A stretch of 64,000 nucleotides of DNA, taken from SAR324 cluster bacterium. Lineage in GTDB: Bacteria; SAR324; NAC60-12. The stretch spans positions 15,589 to 79,588 of the forward strand of contig JACNJW010000040.1 in NCBI GenBank assembly GCA_014382365.1, read 5' to 3'. Position 1 is the first letter of the stretch. Each line of letters begins with the position of its first letter. Below the pieces are notes generated by a model. That model did not search any database and had not been told where the DNA came from. It saw nothing but the letters and a program-made list of their open reading frames with translations. Below are positions 29,301 to 30,925 of this stretch, one piece after another. Position numbers and translations under genes: made by a program.

Positions 29301-30740
29301 TACCGTGACCGCGACATGCTGCCAGGTATTGAGAGCATAAGTCGTTATTGAAAAAACACTTGAACCACAGACAGCCTGATCCCAAAAAACAAGGCTGTTA
29401 GGTGTTCCACAACTACCGTCTCCTGACAAGGCAAAACCATAACCATAATTACCACGCATGGCAATACTACTCCAATCGTTATCTGTCGGATAAACCCAGG
29501 CTGACATTGTTAGCTTTTCACCCATGTTAAGACTAGTGCTGGTAGGAATTGTCAAGTAATCATCAGTACCGTTTAAAGCCAGTGACTTGTCTGCGTCTCC
29601 TTTACGGTCGGCGGCATAACTCGAACCATCCACGGAAGGGGCGTGATTAGCATTTGTGGTTTCATCGTTGGCATTTCCATTGAATTTATAGTGAGCAACC
29701 AAGCCATTTTCAGCCATTGCATTTAGTACAACTTCATACTCCTGATGTCCGTCCGAAATTTCGTCATTGACTCCGGTTACTGTCACGGTTTGCGGCGTGT
29801 TCCAGTTTTGCTCAGTGAAGCTTAAAGTGGCAGGATTGACATATGCTTCGCTGGTGTTACTACTGGATAAACTAACTGTAAGATCCAAATCATCATCTAG
29901 GTTGTGCAGGACCACTTCTACAGATTCTGGTGCTGAAATACTCACACCGCTTGCTGACAAGCTGATTTGATATTCCTGGTGTCCATCTGAATCTGTATCA
30001 TCAATTCCTGTCACGGTTACAGTTTGCGCAGTGTCCCAATTTCCCGTTGTAAAAGTTAAGATCGCCGGATTTACTGTTGCTTCTTCGGTATTACTGCTGG
30101 AGACATTGACAACAACATCCTCAGTTGGAGCAATTTTCAGCGTAACATCAAAGGTTGCGGCTGTTCCGTCTTCTGATGTATGTCCGGAAATGTTGCTGAT
30201 CGTGTAAAAAGTGCTTTCTGGTGCTACCGGAGCTTCAGGAGTTGCGGGAACAGGAGGAGCGGCATTAAGTACAACATCAAAAGTAGAAGCTGTTCCGACT
30301 TCTGAAGTATGTCCTGAAATGTTAGTGATGCTGTAGAAATCACTGATCGGTATGCTGGGATCTGCAGGGGTTTGTGGTGCCTGCAGATTTATGTTTCCTG
30401 AATTAGTTAGTTTGTTGCCGAAATTTGCATTCCCTGTGAGATTTAAGGTTCCACCATTTTCAACTTCCACTGTACCTGAAATGCTGTTGACTGAATCACT
30501 CCAATTCACAGACGTTCCGGAACCAATTTTGTAATTCAGGGAATAATTTGAACCACACTCCGAACTTTGTGAACTACCATCGCTGAGTGTCCCAAAAGTG
30601 GAGCTAGAAGTGAGGGCACCATCAGTTGTCGAAACACATTGATTCGATGTGGCCTGCAACATTGTGAACAAAGCTCCGCCGCCCAGTACCAGAAGCACAA
30701 GTAAGTAACGCGGCTGCAGAATTTTGTTGAGTTTAAGCAT
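2301..30740 (-). CDS. Giant secreted surface fibre/adhesin: 9479 aa, a single uninterrupted 28,440-nt ORF. From N to C it has a Sec signal peptide and two Ig/cadherin-like modules. Next come a LamG (concanavalin-A-like) domain and roughly 8000 aa of Gly/Thr/Ser/Asn/Leu-rich beta-helix-type repeats in at least three families. The C-terminal part has a Cys-containing segment, another Ig/cadherin-like module, a PKD-like module and a ~370-aa Ser/Thr-rich stalk. A duplicated Trp-rich ~50-aa domain flanks a C-terminal hydrophobic anchor region.
   Basis: The six-frame track shows one minus-strand ORF of 9479 aa with N-terminal MLKLNKILQPRYLLVLLVLGGGALFTMLQA. The repetitive low-complexity composition is typical of beta-helical adhesins and haemagglutinin-like fibres. 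A LamG motif run is present (AHYKFNGNANDE...SAWVYP...WQHVAVT...LDEFRLYNRALTETEVKHLYL). A PKD-like motif LDGSASYDPDPTGRIVSYKWKY was confirmed on the nucleotide sequence near 4805-4860. The many plus-strand ORFs inside this span are antisense artefacts of the repeats. Confidence 0.9.
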   Translation of the reverse strand: MLKLNKILQPRYLLVLLVLGGGALFTMLQATSNQCVSTTDGALTSSSTFGTLSDGSSQSSECGSNYSLNYKIGSGTSVNWSDSVNSISGTVEVENGGTLNLTGNANFGNKLTNSGNINLQAPQTPADPSIPISDFYSITNISGHTSEVGTASTFDVVLNAAPPVPATPEAPVAPESTFYTISNISGHTSEDGTAATFDVTLKIAPTEDVVVNVSSSNTEEATVNPAILTFTTGNWDTAQTVTVTGIDDTDSDGHQEYQISLSASGVSISAPESVEVVLHNLDDDLDLTVSLSSSNTSEAYVNPATLSFTEQNWNTPQTVTVTGVNDEISDGHQEYEVVLNAMAENGLVAHYKFNGNANDETTNANHAPSVDGSSYAADRKGDADKSLALNGTDDYLTIPTSTSLNMGEKLTMSAWVYPTDNDWSSIAMRGNYGYGFALSGDGSCGTPNSLVFWDQAVCGSSVFSITTYALNTWQHVAVTVEDIGEQLRIYFYLNGVEDGPYYSNITAIDNGGTSAPLYIGEQGECFCNYFGGNLDEFRLYNRALTETEVKHLYLDSRADVALKNLDDDFPDNPQVTVGGLLHNQGTVSLQNVELTLSGGVTLEDGNMDLSDSKVNLSSHLSNILSGNMASSTTEFKLLNDVSIFSYSPLSFQSLALNGNDLTLGSASTDLTISNILSLSNENEKIKVGSADLTLSGGLTLSAGEIEVDDGSISLGNVSTIASDAKLEISSGSLVLNAGLSVAGTLKLKDTSTITLNNNILDFSGGTAASGGVLETSGTLSLDGMAFDDKSTIKLTADTTLSSANPISLKTVELGQHWLKLGSETTDLTINEGLTINYPGENGLDTGLADLTLNGPVNVLAGGIMSSGGTVTYEAGSAGTTFADNETGMLLENTTLDLRTNLTVSWMEFTGASSLLKTNGNTLTLADGIDLGGGPEFDFTDVVTDSETYLGLVGDAGITKTGVLLFKGISAKGNTLTLNSAITSLTTGSFWAPNYGDNGTLNNSNVGALIAQGVDVTMTRSFYLEHGKLEMGGGTLKLEKGGGLGANSELDLSNSILELGGPFGNYDGGTFTTSASTLRLNANTIFEPGSAVTFDSYEPNGWGLLMHDNASTLTLGGDILLQPSSAALSSGFVKWYEYQNDILTETHLDNNSHYIGIQTDDANLTLSGDVTLKDNATIHSYQGDVSFNGNLTLDDGTVEIQNGALNLSGGNVTQNGKIKIGWNGNLNLQGNVAVAGTLVLDHDANVTPSDNLIDLSGGRLELSSKHNLDGITTSSATTLQINSYGHIFRTDYGSNTIGNLEMLSVQYENDNSSNNGTYLEVDNMSLNIVGDVQIEQGNINFNKGTLTLQKTVSADNASIRVLDGELILQDGLTFSNGNLYLENSVFKPKGTVSLADSWYGLNNSSVVLNGDTTLSSNGRLDFTTLDLNGNALTLGSNVTEVMFNSTLNIDNGDSLNLGQIDTSLNNSLIIESGGLLTSDNGSVQLSGALTLNGELVQGGGILNLIEGGTVGATGKLDMSDSELKLGGALNITGTLTANSGSNWSGWQGTLDLSSGTLESSGGSINLNDFTTGTNTTFKLSGDTEVTSNTPLSFGTLELSGNKLTLAEDSAGLTLPNPLAMTATGSAIETKSANLTLSSALQLDSGSITSTGGTLSFAGGLTLGEAGILDVTDSTLSVSQTLDLNAGTFSSSNTSILKLQSATTLSSSNAVSFGSVNLEGQVLTLGSATTQLNLTDANTTLSLSGITLETGAGSLSLAGALNLSNLAKLNSSGGTITLNSGGSLAEGSTLSLPESTLVLQSPLTISSSTLKTKNTTFTTNSNALTLSGSNLEIEGTQDLSGVTPDNTSILRLSGDTTLNDSDTLSIGTLELEEFALTLDDAMAGLSVSQAVTLDAATEQIISGAADLSLNGGITVSSGTLSSSGGTLSASSLSADTTGIINIEGGTLSLPGGATAVSGATFSTSGTTIQLGGNLNVADSWTSTNTNLSLTANAELASTVAVEAATLDTNGFNFKLASVTSDLTLGNAFTLASGTLSTQGADLVFVGRADISTGASIDASVITGTGGKLEFQQGGTNAGEINAAGAELKIGTDYAVSGTLKTNSTTSWNLGSNLDLSGGTLKLGGNVTLDNVLTNNQTTFKLGEDTTVNRSQGFILGELNLEGFTFTLASETTDLTLDLSASSNSGTNTGTPAGTMATDLADLTFTGGIADLTSGTTLTSSGGKITFEKGGAVNGGTLVIQDSTLAVADNFTKSGGTLTLSGTALELQSDVSLILDSAVGFDTFDPKGFDLVLNGISTSIVSFGSLALTQSKIEVKGGTLVLSGGNVGANGELEVGNSAGFNLIGDFSVAGMLNLNSGANISLAANTLDLSGGKLVLAGTHSLDGFTTDADTTLQINTSADISRTDSGTSIIGELIFWQSGGTSGGFLTISDMNLTVSKASQFDAAYFGYSNGNLTFQKSPTFKNGSLLDVGSAGLILEDGGAFDSSNLSFPDASFKMSGSLSLVNNSVVDYDSTSTVKLEGATTLSHSGNATWPDFDLNGNELTLDSSVTSMTIDGAQNIGSYETFNSGSSELSFNDSLSIAEGGKLASGTGNISLMDGLTLNGEFVQGGGILNLIEGGTVGATGKLDMSDSELKLGGALNITGTLTANSGSNWSGWQGTLDLSSGTLESSGGSINLNDFTTGTNTTFKLSGDTEVTSNTPLSFGTLELSGNKLTLAEDSAGLTLPNPLAMTATGSAIETKSANLTLSSALQLDSGSITSTGGTLSFAGGLTLGEAGILDVTDSTLSVSQTLDLNAGTFSSSNTSILKLQSATTLSSSNAVSFGSVNLEGQVLTLGSATTQLNLTDANTTLSLSGITLETGAGSLSLAGALNLSNLAKLNSSGGTITLNSGGSLAEGSTLSLPESTLVLQSPLTISSSTLKTKNTTFTTNSNALTLSGSNLEIEGTQDLSGVTPDNTSILRLSGDTTLNDSDTLSIGTLELEEFALTLDDAMAGLSVSQAVTLDAATEQIISGAADLSLNGGITVSSGTLSSSGGTLSASSLSADTTGIINIEGGTLSLPGGATAVSGATFSTSGTTIQLGGNLNVADSWTSTNTNLSLTANAELASTVAVEAATLDTNGFNFKLASVTSDLTLGNAFTLASGTLSTQGADLVFVGRADISTGASIDASVITGTGGKLEFQQGGTNAGEINAAGAELKIGTDYAVSGTLKTNSTTSWNLGSNLDLSGGTLKLGGNVTLDNVLTNNQTTFKLGEDTTVNRSQGFILGELNLEGFTFTLASETTDLTLDLSASSNSGTNTGTPAGTMATDLADLTFTGGIADLTSGTTLTSSGGKITFEKGGAVNGGTLVIQDSTLAVADNFTKSGGTLTLSATDLELLSNLSLTSDATFAVNELRLENKILTLNSVSSFTVANELVLDNANERIIWDENSAVALNGGLKLDPNGEFAWKDPVNLTIGDISLNGGVLELGENVSQTFALASNLTLTADSAIKFNSGSILNYSGAEIMLGNELSFSGIGQLQNTNALNLGTNGKLKLSGISIANVISSADSLGMEIENNSTVSSLTVSNLLPVSITSSKSLSGNIVVNTGGTLQFSNSGTLAANVLMSGGTLDANESLTISGALTQSGDISIDVDSGKTLTFGSGEIKTGSYQLTLEGAGIVAFPENASGIVLNNSDGLLKLNGTGTLQSAKVSTASNEGKGILIDDSGTISKLNIAADTELNIAAGKTLSGSTDVAQNTSLKLSGAGTFGSTLNLEGTLEAGTSLMVSGTINVADNVTVLIPDAGTTLSYSGGNLTVQDYTLTIGGAGTFSNAVNSPIVLVVEESVLDLTGNGIISGAIRLEGCTLKASGSPTISGDIGIFDDANIEVVSGKTLNYSGASLKLGANKLTMSGGGIFNNSNVLELDHADSLLVLAGINTVGNVKSTSVANSGKGVQVTESVTLGNFEMTATTILDIAANKTIDGQIKLNNNSELKISGSGEYTGGMELAGGKFSVANDKNLTGTLSLSADSEMNVAPNSTLIIQQGGDFSLNEKILSLRGNGSLKFQNSINVQDGELKVSNGTLDFADGGSVDELTLESATLVLGGDLTIGDKLTTSGNDPTLQLNGSSVDLSGTNVKLELGTGLSLDGVITGTNTALLLSADATLSRGSPFTLGSIDLQNKALSLASETSDMTVTGALTFDTTASQMLTGGADITLQSALALADGKLSSTSGILTLQQGAVFGNGAVFDFSGSTVKLSGTLDVADGTLNTNNSSKLELQTASSFSSNAVFTIPTLDLNGQGLTLNTSSTHLTLSNLLTVGSDESINTQSGSMTLNDALSLNNNGKLESSAGALIFNGSVALDDAGILMTGGSVAFNSAAQISGGELKLFNSTLTLAADVAMSNSSTLRLKDTAFSVGSSKITLTGGTLEFGGTYSDFSKIQTDSNTALKLNADTNISTSSAMIIGGLDLNNFELTLGSETTDLTIQSILKLDNSGSKLTTNQADLSLPYPLELNAGKITSSGGTFTLTQGGTLGTNATLDVSGTTLKLNADLAADSGTLTTNDTSILDLLDDVILTFNGEKTFKALEHNGKILSLGSSTSDLKLLDPLNLSAVTLHTGDADLNLQGTLTLAANSVLDSTGGTLKLGGSVDSTSEISLPGTELALRSNLAIAGTLSTDAGSTISRNTRELNLSGGKLILGGDLDLGGTVTDDATSLTLQTDSTLGNSLATKFGTLDLNGSALSITMATTINDPFTLDASGEQLLTGASDLTLNNQLELVAGKLSSQSGVISFGSTVNLGSAGTIDIQGGELKLSDNISITGGTLTLAETSELNLINDVTISSNRALSFGTLEMNNRNLTVTATEGADLTLKKAFTLNNGSTLQMSGADLSFAETATIAGILEPSGGRLTFQKGGSVSGTVNSKNSTLALQTANLVFSGLLQTNGSTGLSGANWLNLSNGRLETAGSLTLDDVATSNGTVLKLTADTTISRDSLFTLGSVNLAGNSLTLGSATTDLTINNSAPTEGESAGTFKIQEADLTWTGAAEFSTAKVYASGGTLTLSGGSSLSANGLISLSSGSTLILVGTFGQSGGELTVDAAAIQTGGNLTKTGGSLTSSNSSLELTDDVTFSSDSALSFKAVTLNNNVLSLAGQSSSFTLSEELTLNNPNGRIVQDSTSLILTGGVSIDSGAVLRLTKDLDTGTAKIKLNGGLLAIESSTTLNSSIEHLAASTIEIAETKTLTYEGATIKVGPFALSIGGGGSYSNTNPLELDNAASQLKLSAVTANYVRTSADSLGLVVENESTVNELTVGHLIPVSISENQSLSGEIEVFSNGNLQLNNSGTLAANVTMKGDAFGAGTVGGKLDVQQSLTFSGSLLQAVDHKGIELTIASGKTLTYSGSEIGVGDHEFKLSGGGTFANTSKLELDDSGSKLSISDSTIISLLSVSTAATAVGLNITDSDVSATGNIVENLYLSDSFSVTSDTPVALGNITAAAALTFSSNKDVNSGTLALTGGAELSLGTENVTVRVTSPVTVDNTQKLSNGGGSFDFAGGLNLEPGSALVGQGQQISGDIALNGGNLSIEQSTVLVDNLVQSADSTININSSQTLTYSGTTVDLSTSKLNIQGGGNFINTAASALSLNNSNSHLVLDNVVVGYVSVSAASGSNKGLDVISDATLSNLNLTEKLRLSVASEKTFSITESLTVPTQGMELSGSGMLELNENFTLNGDVILTSGSLTVDAKGVLLNLGGDFNLTGGVLQTDVTTNFHLLRDSTLTTNAEQLIANVTIAENVQPMLTLGSTTKLKVDELISVGISCPQSLPVEPKGQLKLPGGVSINTGGEFCIDGWLEGNIVLNGGTLRIDGDMTISSSSSISLNASSNLKIVDGASLTYEGAALNLNDSILSISGGGSLLLNTDGSNPLTLNNADGGLEFSGAGASTVSHVKTSSGDNLNAPVLKMTGSGVINNLAHTGFSEINYVSGKTLSITEAFEVPTEKELKISGAAGTLTLGDNMTLSGTLNLPIANTTLSGGTVTLNGGTLQVYEDINFISDLAQQADSSIVVADGKTLNYSGNEFNLGAQTLILSGSGNFANTTNITLNDPSSSLKFNGIAKVNKVSVSAVLTSGKLEIVQDSIIESLSHSGSSMIEIANAKTLMLKNALEIPQAKSLELSGSGGGTLSLNEKLTLKGTLKVSAADTVKDGTLSLSGGTLEVVENAGILSTLLHKASSEVNVSSGKVLTYSGSAMDIGGFALTLSGGGKFANSADLKFNDVASVLNLAGITEVSKVSFPVSLQTGKLNVSENTLIQSLTHTGESIINISSGKTLSIKEDFSVSSNKTMLLNGSGGSLKLENTLTLNGTLQMDEESRLEGGTLAFDSGIVSVKKDSTISSSITHPAASTFEIASGKRLTLQGDLSVPAERKMNLTGSNGVLELEDTLTVSGTMEFAVPQTLDNGTIVLNGGKLSVNDDVAISAIITHNADSTVNISSGATLTHSGGDFKIGAKTLTLSGGGTFANQDQLVLDDPVSILKLDGISAVANVSVPLTLTTGKLEVVNNAGVQNLLHSGSSVVDILSGKTLSISNGFEIPQTKVMQFVGAGGTLAIGDNLTLSGTLKFPVSGVLSGGTVFLSGGKFDVDENLTIESNMVHSANATIEIATGKSINYTGQEFNLEAFKLIFSGGGTFNNTNNLSLNHAQSKLQLDGIKISKVAVKTELSDGVINVAENSTIDSLTQSASFSIELDEGNNLTLTNPFEIPAGKFMELLGSGAGRTIYLPDALKLSGNLKISSAGYSLTSGVLGLNGGLLDVLENTNIAATITQLSSSSIAVAADKTLTYSGNTPKIGAFTLTLSGSGTITNENAITLNDASSQLVLKGINQISKVAVTGELTSGMLSVDNDTLIQTLSHTGSSRFDISNDTTLTVQNLFEVPQNKSMELVGADNGTLVLGDQLTLSGILKFSAPDTLSDGTLALNGGTLSISENAIINSKITHLMDSAISVFADKTLKYTGDSPNVGALALTLSGEGKIENIKDIALDDPLSVLVLNGVEVSRVSFPEELSTGKLSVTGDSLIETLTQNVSSRLDIASGVRLTLENTFEIPEATTMELIGSGSGSLGISDTLTLSGEIKFNAPDSSLDNGTLALNGGTLTSSENTTVSSDITHLLNSTIDVSADKILSYFGSDLEIGALTLTMSGGGSFNNSTELSLNNAASVLKLDGIAKVEKVAVAEDLIEGSIDVIQNVTINTISPVKSTRIDIANSISLTLTDSVEVPMNKVLELQGSGGGILNISDKLTLSGTLKLNATNNTLNNGTLIFNNGLLDVDENVTISTQLSLADNASMDLANGKQLSLTKTFEIPQDHKLEILGSDGGTLSITDTLKLAGTLQFSAPTISSGTPYHNMINGKLELIEGSLLDVDYKTKIASDILISGNSSVDVAQGVNLEYSGLSIDITTFQLTLLGSGTLLNSNSILLSSTDSLLVFADDITIALIEVTANSTAGKGIRVESANAKITNLNLLADVGLSFTNESFELNVENLNVYSTAKIMGDGNGGWLLVTEVTQPNDVILTLQDVNVKVENEIDINFKDQIVMTGSTVFDVGGGLTFNVSGTMNFNRSMTANINLNGGVMCVTENVTINGKIQHLTNSTIFIAPDKVLTYEGSIPLEVNDLSLALQGGGRFSSWDNNSIRLNKDGGILKLADDATTLSHLGIDPSDGLVENDKVLVVDVSADSSCEGDDSILQSSAKIVVEQLDQKGNINLELSVLTELNTPNSFSVPSQKVLTVSGDSGQLTFGGTVTFEDESQFVLNSAGTKVSGNFDYSENNLLDAQESVTFQSSSSKWNNAQIKVDAGATLVFENNQWETQGALTKTGGAMSLDNVSWSLSENTNYSSDTAVETQSLVLNNKLLTLLTESSDLTVSDNITFDDSNAQLVTGPADLNLQGGFVMQDGLISSTKGIISFAKGGEQSGGSLDLTDSTFKLGADFLKSAGTLTATEAGTTLELTERLTFTSNTSLSVKTLTLNDKTLTLGSETTDLTVSDPTTLDSADEQIRTNSADLKLQGLLSVANGGLDSTGGTLIFNGGVSQTGGLLNISNSLLNLNADLFKTGGTLETSDSSLTVLSSLKITNNNLLSVNTIELGANTLTLGSESSDLTLSGNLALTTANGLLKTGDADLTVEGNVTLADGKLSSTGGTLLFRNGGTQSGTFEFDLGASTLSLSADYTKSGGNFDGSSAMLNLLNSIALSSDTALAFNQLQLNDLTLTLGSASTDLSVTSAMTFDNADEWLISGDADISFLAALNISDGGITSTGGDISTLGGGQLSGTGKLDLSGSTWVLGADFIKSSGVLTISQTDLKLAASSTLTSDEASNFVNLNLNDFTLTLGSATSDLTVENAVIIDSSLEGISTADADLILLSALSISDGILTSTGGTLKLAHAQTSKFSGNALMMLDNTLLTSVDGNEIALLEIDGEPNLSMTDNSKISYITLSTTTGTVGTISTAGGVDCEDNCSGFTETGAYGFNAHGLYRNVVSANWMLSESEGERKTATMSVKLLSRPVSDVQVVLNSSDLSEATLDKYTMSFSPSTWNKTQTLIITGEDDSVVDDDVRVRIVGYTESTDTNYSSTSDSRQHAFKYTFTNINDDLQKGLSPIVQIGADQKVNEQTRVILDGSASYDPDPTGRIVSYKWKYVGQRTDVTVKRENESIAYFSAPDIEDTTVILFGLEVIDDDKTASYGSTSVTIVPVKEVTAIGSAVGSIKPKYPKDITLDAETTNSDGSKTLKLATGTTELNLDMNTDGTVVSKIKTKDGTESKVNVPLGAEVNMNKDASVSVAMTLNSGATLSTNISTEGEMTVGVSSGSTGANVKAPKGSEVSIGSDGTSSISLPASTDATSGVTSQVVSTLSPDGSTLTEITLSGGTGRTTNADSSESSKSSISTDAGLTVAIDTSSGVAASMSVTEGTLAASLLNDGTSSTSFDSGASKTTFTSSTSMDLQIKSGKVVSTSSAETGNDGVSRTIISTTSSTNNAIQVQGTGVSESTLQAATGSTILLSKNRNITSTFAPSSSMSSSVSMNSEGLMIPTITTVSTNAKQIFPGVGAGGTVSQESGKLVVTIPLTTSGSSRNISKRSFSLRTSQRSGVSSEYATSGQWIGVDTTSGKPVYVQSASSGATLVLENAYDNTTNVSLTSGTAELRIGDALPSALSGTVSVSSIPASITMSGSRNLVSLPAYTSIAPASFESQFSSYKAVWVRRSGAWQFYTSSDNKTVYTDKGYTELNSTIEAGEGFWIELNSPVNPANFEVANYGGYTALPQLSSMNSEWNLAGTAKKISVAEITQAANFDQTSEDESNTLGLLDNSGGNGPPSGLNYVGNDYLVAANELGQNSRTMLLLVVLLLTSVSLMVYRRQVQLKSTSLAQHKLHRIPVWQLIPIAALITLVVACAPPQGDSTSSTFDYSGSYDRVHSIWKWDDASSKWLAYSPKTSVALELTTKGYSTFSSVEKGQGYWVRLSISGVPTSLSFAEPPAF
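2304..3152 (-). other. C-terminal anchor region of the giant protein. It begins with Trp-rich domain copy A (SSYKAVWVRRSGAWQFYTSS...GEGFWIELNS; 3003-3152). A hydrophobic helix MLLLVVLLLTSVSLMVY follows (about 2679-2720), then a basic patch YRRQVQLKS...HKLHR. A second signal-peptide-like hydrophobic segment WQLIPIAALITLVVAC carries a lipobox-like VVAC (Cys codon 2559-2561). Trp-rich domain copy B (YDRVHSIWKWDDASSKWLAY...GQGYWVRLSIS; about 2343-2507) closes the region.
   Basis: Coordinates were checked by reverse-complementing 2551-2570 (VVACAP) and 2671-2720 (MVYRRQ / MLLLVV). No stop codon separates the two hydrophobic segments, and I saw no Shine-Dalgarno sequence before either internal Met. 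Confidence 0.6.
3150..4250 (-). other. Ser/Thr/Gly-rich low-complexity stalk (~370 aa) between the PKD-like module and the C-terminal Trp-rich domains. It is a possible flexible or glycosylated spacer.
   Basis: The translation is dominated by S/T/G/A with few hydrophobic residues (for example ...SSESSKSSISTDAGLTVAIDTSSGVAASMSV...STTSSTNNAIQVQGTGVSESTLQ...). Confidence 0.6.
4680..4930 (-). other. PKD-like domain in the giant protein (IGADQKVNEQTRVILDGSASYDPDPTGRIVSYKWKYVGQRT...).
   Basis: The PKD-like signature DGSxSxDPDG.I.SY.W was verified on the reverse complement of about 4805-4860. Confidence 0.5.
6100..12700 (-). repeat. Second repeat family of the giant protein: about 10 or more diverged tandem ~220-230-aa units. 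The consensus is roughly ...GKTLTYSG...LSGGG.F.N...L.LD...S.LKL.GI..V..VSV......GKL.V......I..L.HSG.S...I..GKTL.I...FE.P..K.MEL.GSG.G.L.L.D.LTLSG.LKF....
   Basis: Recurring blocks in the translation, for example SGKVLTYSGSAMDIGGFALTLSGGGKFANS... versus SGATLTHSGGDFKIGAKTLTLSGGGTFANQ... versus ADKTLTYSGNTPKIGAFTLTLSGSGTITNE.... Coordinates are approximate. Confidence 0.5.
20630..22909 (-). repeat. Copy 1 of a 2.28-kb near-100%-identical intragenic direct repeat (about 760 aa of beta-helix repeats).
   Basis: Nucleotide-level comparison of 20641-22909 with 23971-26239 (offset exactly 3330 bp) shows identity apart from one mismatch seen at 20658 vs 23988. Boundaries are sharp: sequence diverges upstream of 20630/23960 and decays after 22909/26239. 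Identical plus-strand antisense ORFs in the track (21307-21513=24637-24843; 21529-22227=24859-25557) corroborate it. Confidence 0.9.
23960..26239 (-). repeat. Copy 2 of the 2.28-kb near-identical intragenic direct repeat.
   Basis: Same comparison as copy 1. The 1050-bp segments between and flanking the copies (19580-20629, 22910-23959, 26240-27289) are homologous but clearly diverged. The underlying period is therefore 3330 bp (1110 aa). Confidence 0.9.
29070..29700 (-). other. LamG / concanavalin A-like lectin domain (Laminin_G_3-type) inside the giant protein.
   Basis: Hallmarks are NGLVAHYKFNGNANDET..., LALNGTDDYLTIP..., LTMSAWVYP..., WQHVAVTVEDIGEQLRIYFYLNG..., and LDEFRLYNRALTETEVKHLYL. 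The C-terminal motif was checked on the reverse complement of 29075-29110. Confidence 0.75.
29740..30200 (-). other. Two tandem Ig/cadherin-like extracellular modules (~95 aa each) separated by Pro-rich linkers. They share the motif SSSNTxEAxVNPAxLxFTxxNWxTxQTVTVTGxDDxxSDGHQEY. A third related copy lies near the C-terminus (VQVVLNSSDLSEATLDKYTMSFSPSTWNKTQTLIITGEDD...).
   Basis: Direct repeat comparison in the translated N-terminal region. Pro/Ala-rich linkers (APPVPATPEAPVAPE) separate the copies. Confidence 0.5.
30650..30740 (-). other. Sec-type signal peptide of the giant protein (about the first 30 aa).
   Basis: N-terminal MLKLNKILQPRYLLVLLVLGGGALFTMLQA-TSNQ has a positive n-region, a hydrophobic core and A-x-A-like cleavage context. 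A weak RBS (AAAGG) lies about 5 nt upstream of the ATG on the minus strand. Confidence 0.7.
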
Positions 30741-30925
30741 GATGCCTTTGTAATATTACTAAAACATTTTCATTGCTTATGTTGCCAAAAATCATAAAAT
30801 ATTGAATTCATTAATCCCAATAAGATCTCGCTCTTCGTTCAAGATGACAAAATTCACATACGAAACAGCTATTTGCCATGAGTTTTTCTAAGTTATAATT
30901 CACAAGTTACCGCCCATTTAACCAG

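Noticed and set aside
3814-30534. About 90 plus-strand ORFs of 60-280 aa listed in the six-frame track inside 2301-30740, many Pro/Ser/Val/Leu-rich and several duplicated (for example 21307-21513 = 24637-24843).
   Set aside because: They are antisense to a single continuous 9479-codon minus-strand ORF, and their translations are low-complexity mirror images of the G/T/S/N-rich repeats. Their duplications simply reflect the 2.28-kb intragenic repeat. There is no independent coding evidence.
2301-30740. Considered classifying the giant protein as a T1SS RTX adhesin, a two-partner-secretion (TpsA) substrate, an autotransporter, or a T9SS cargo.
   Set aside because: The protein has an N-terminal Sec signal and no recognisable C-terminal GGxGxDxUx RTX nonapeptides. 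It has no N-terminal TPS domain, and no C-terminal 250-300-aa autotransporter barrel (the tail after the TM region is only about 110 aa). It has no T9SS C-terminal domain with terminal K..K motifs. No ABC/MFP/TolC, TpsB/POTRA or Por/Gld genes are adjacent.
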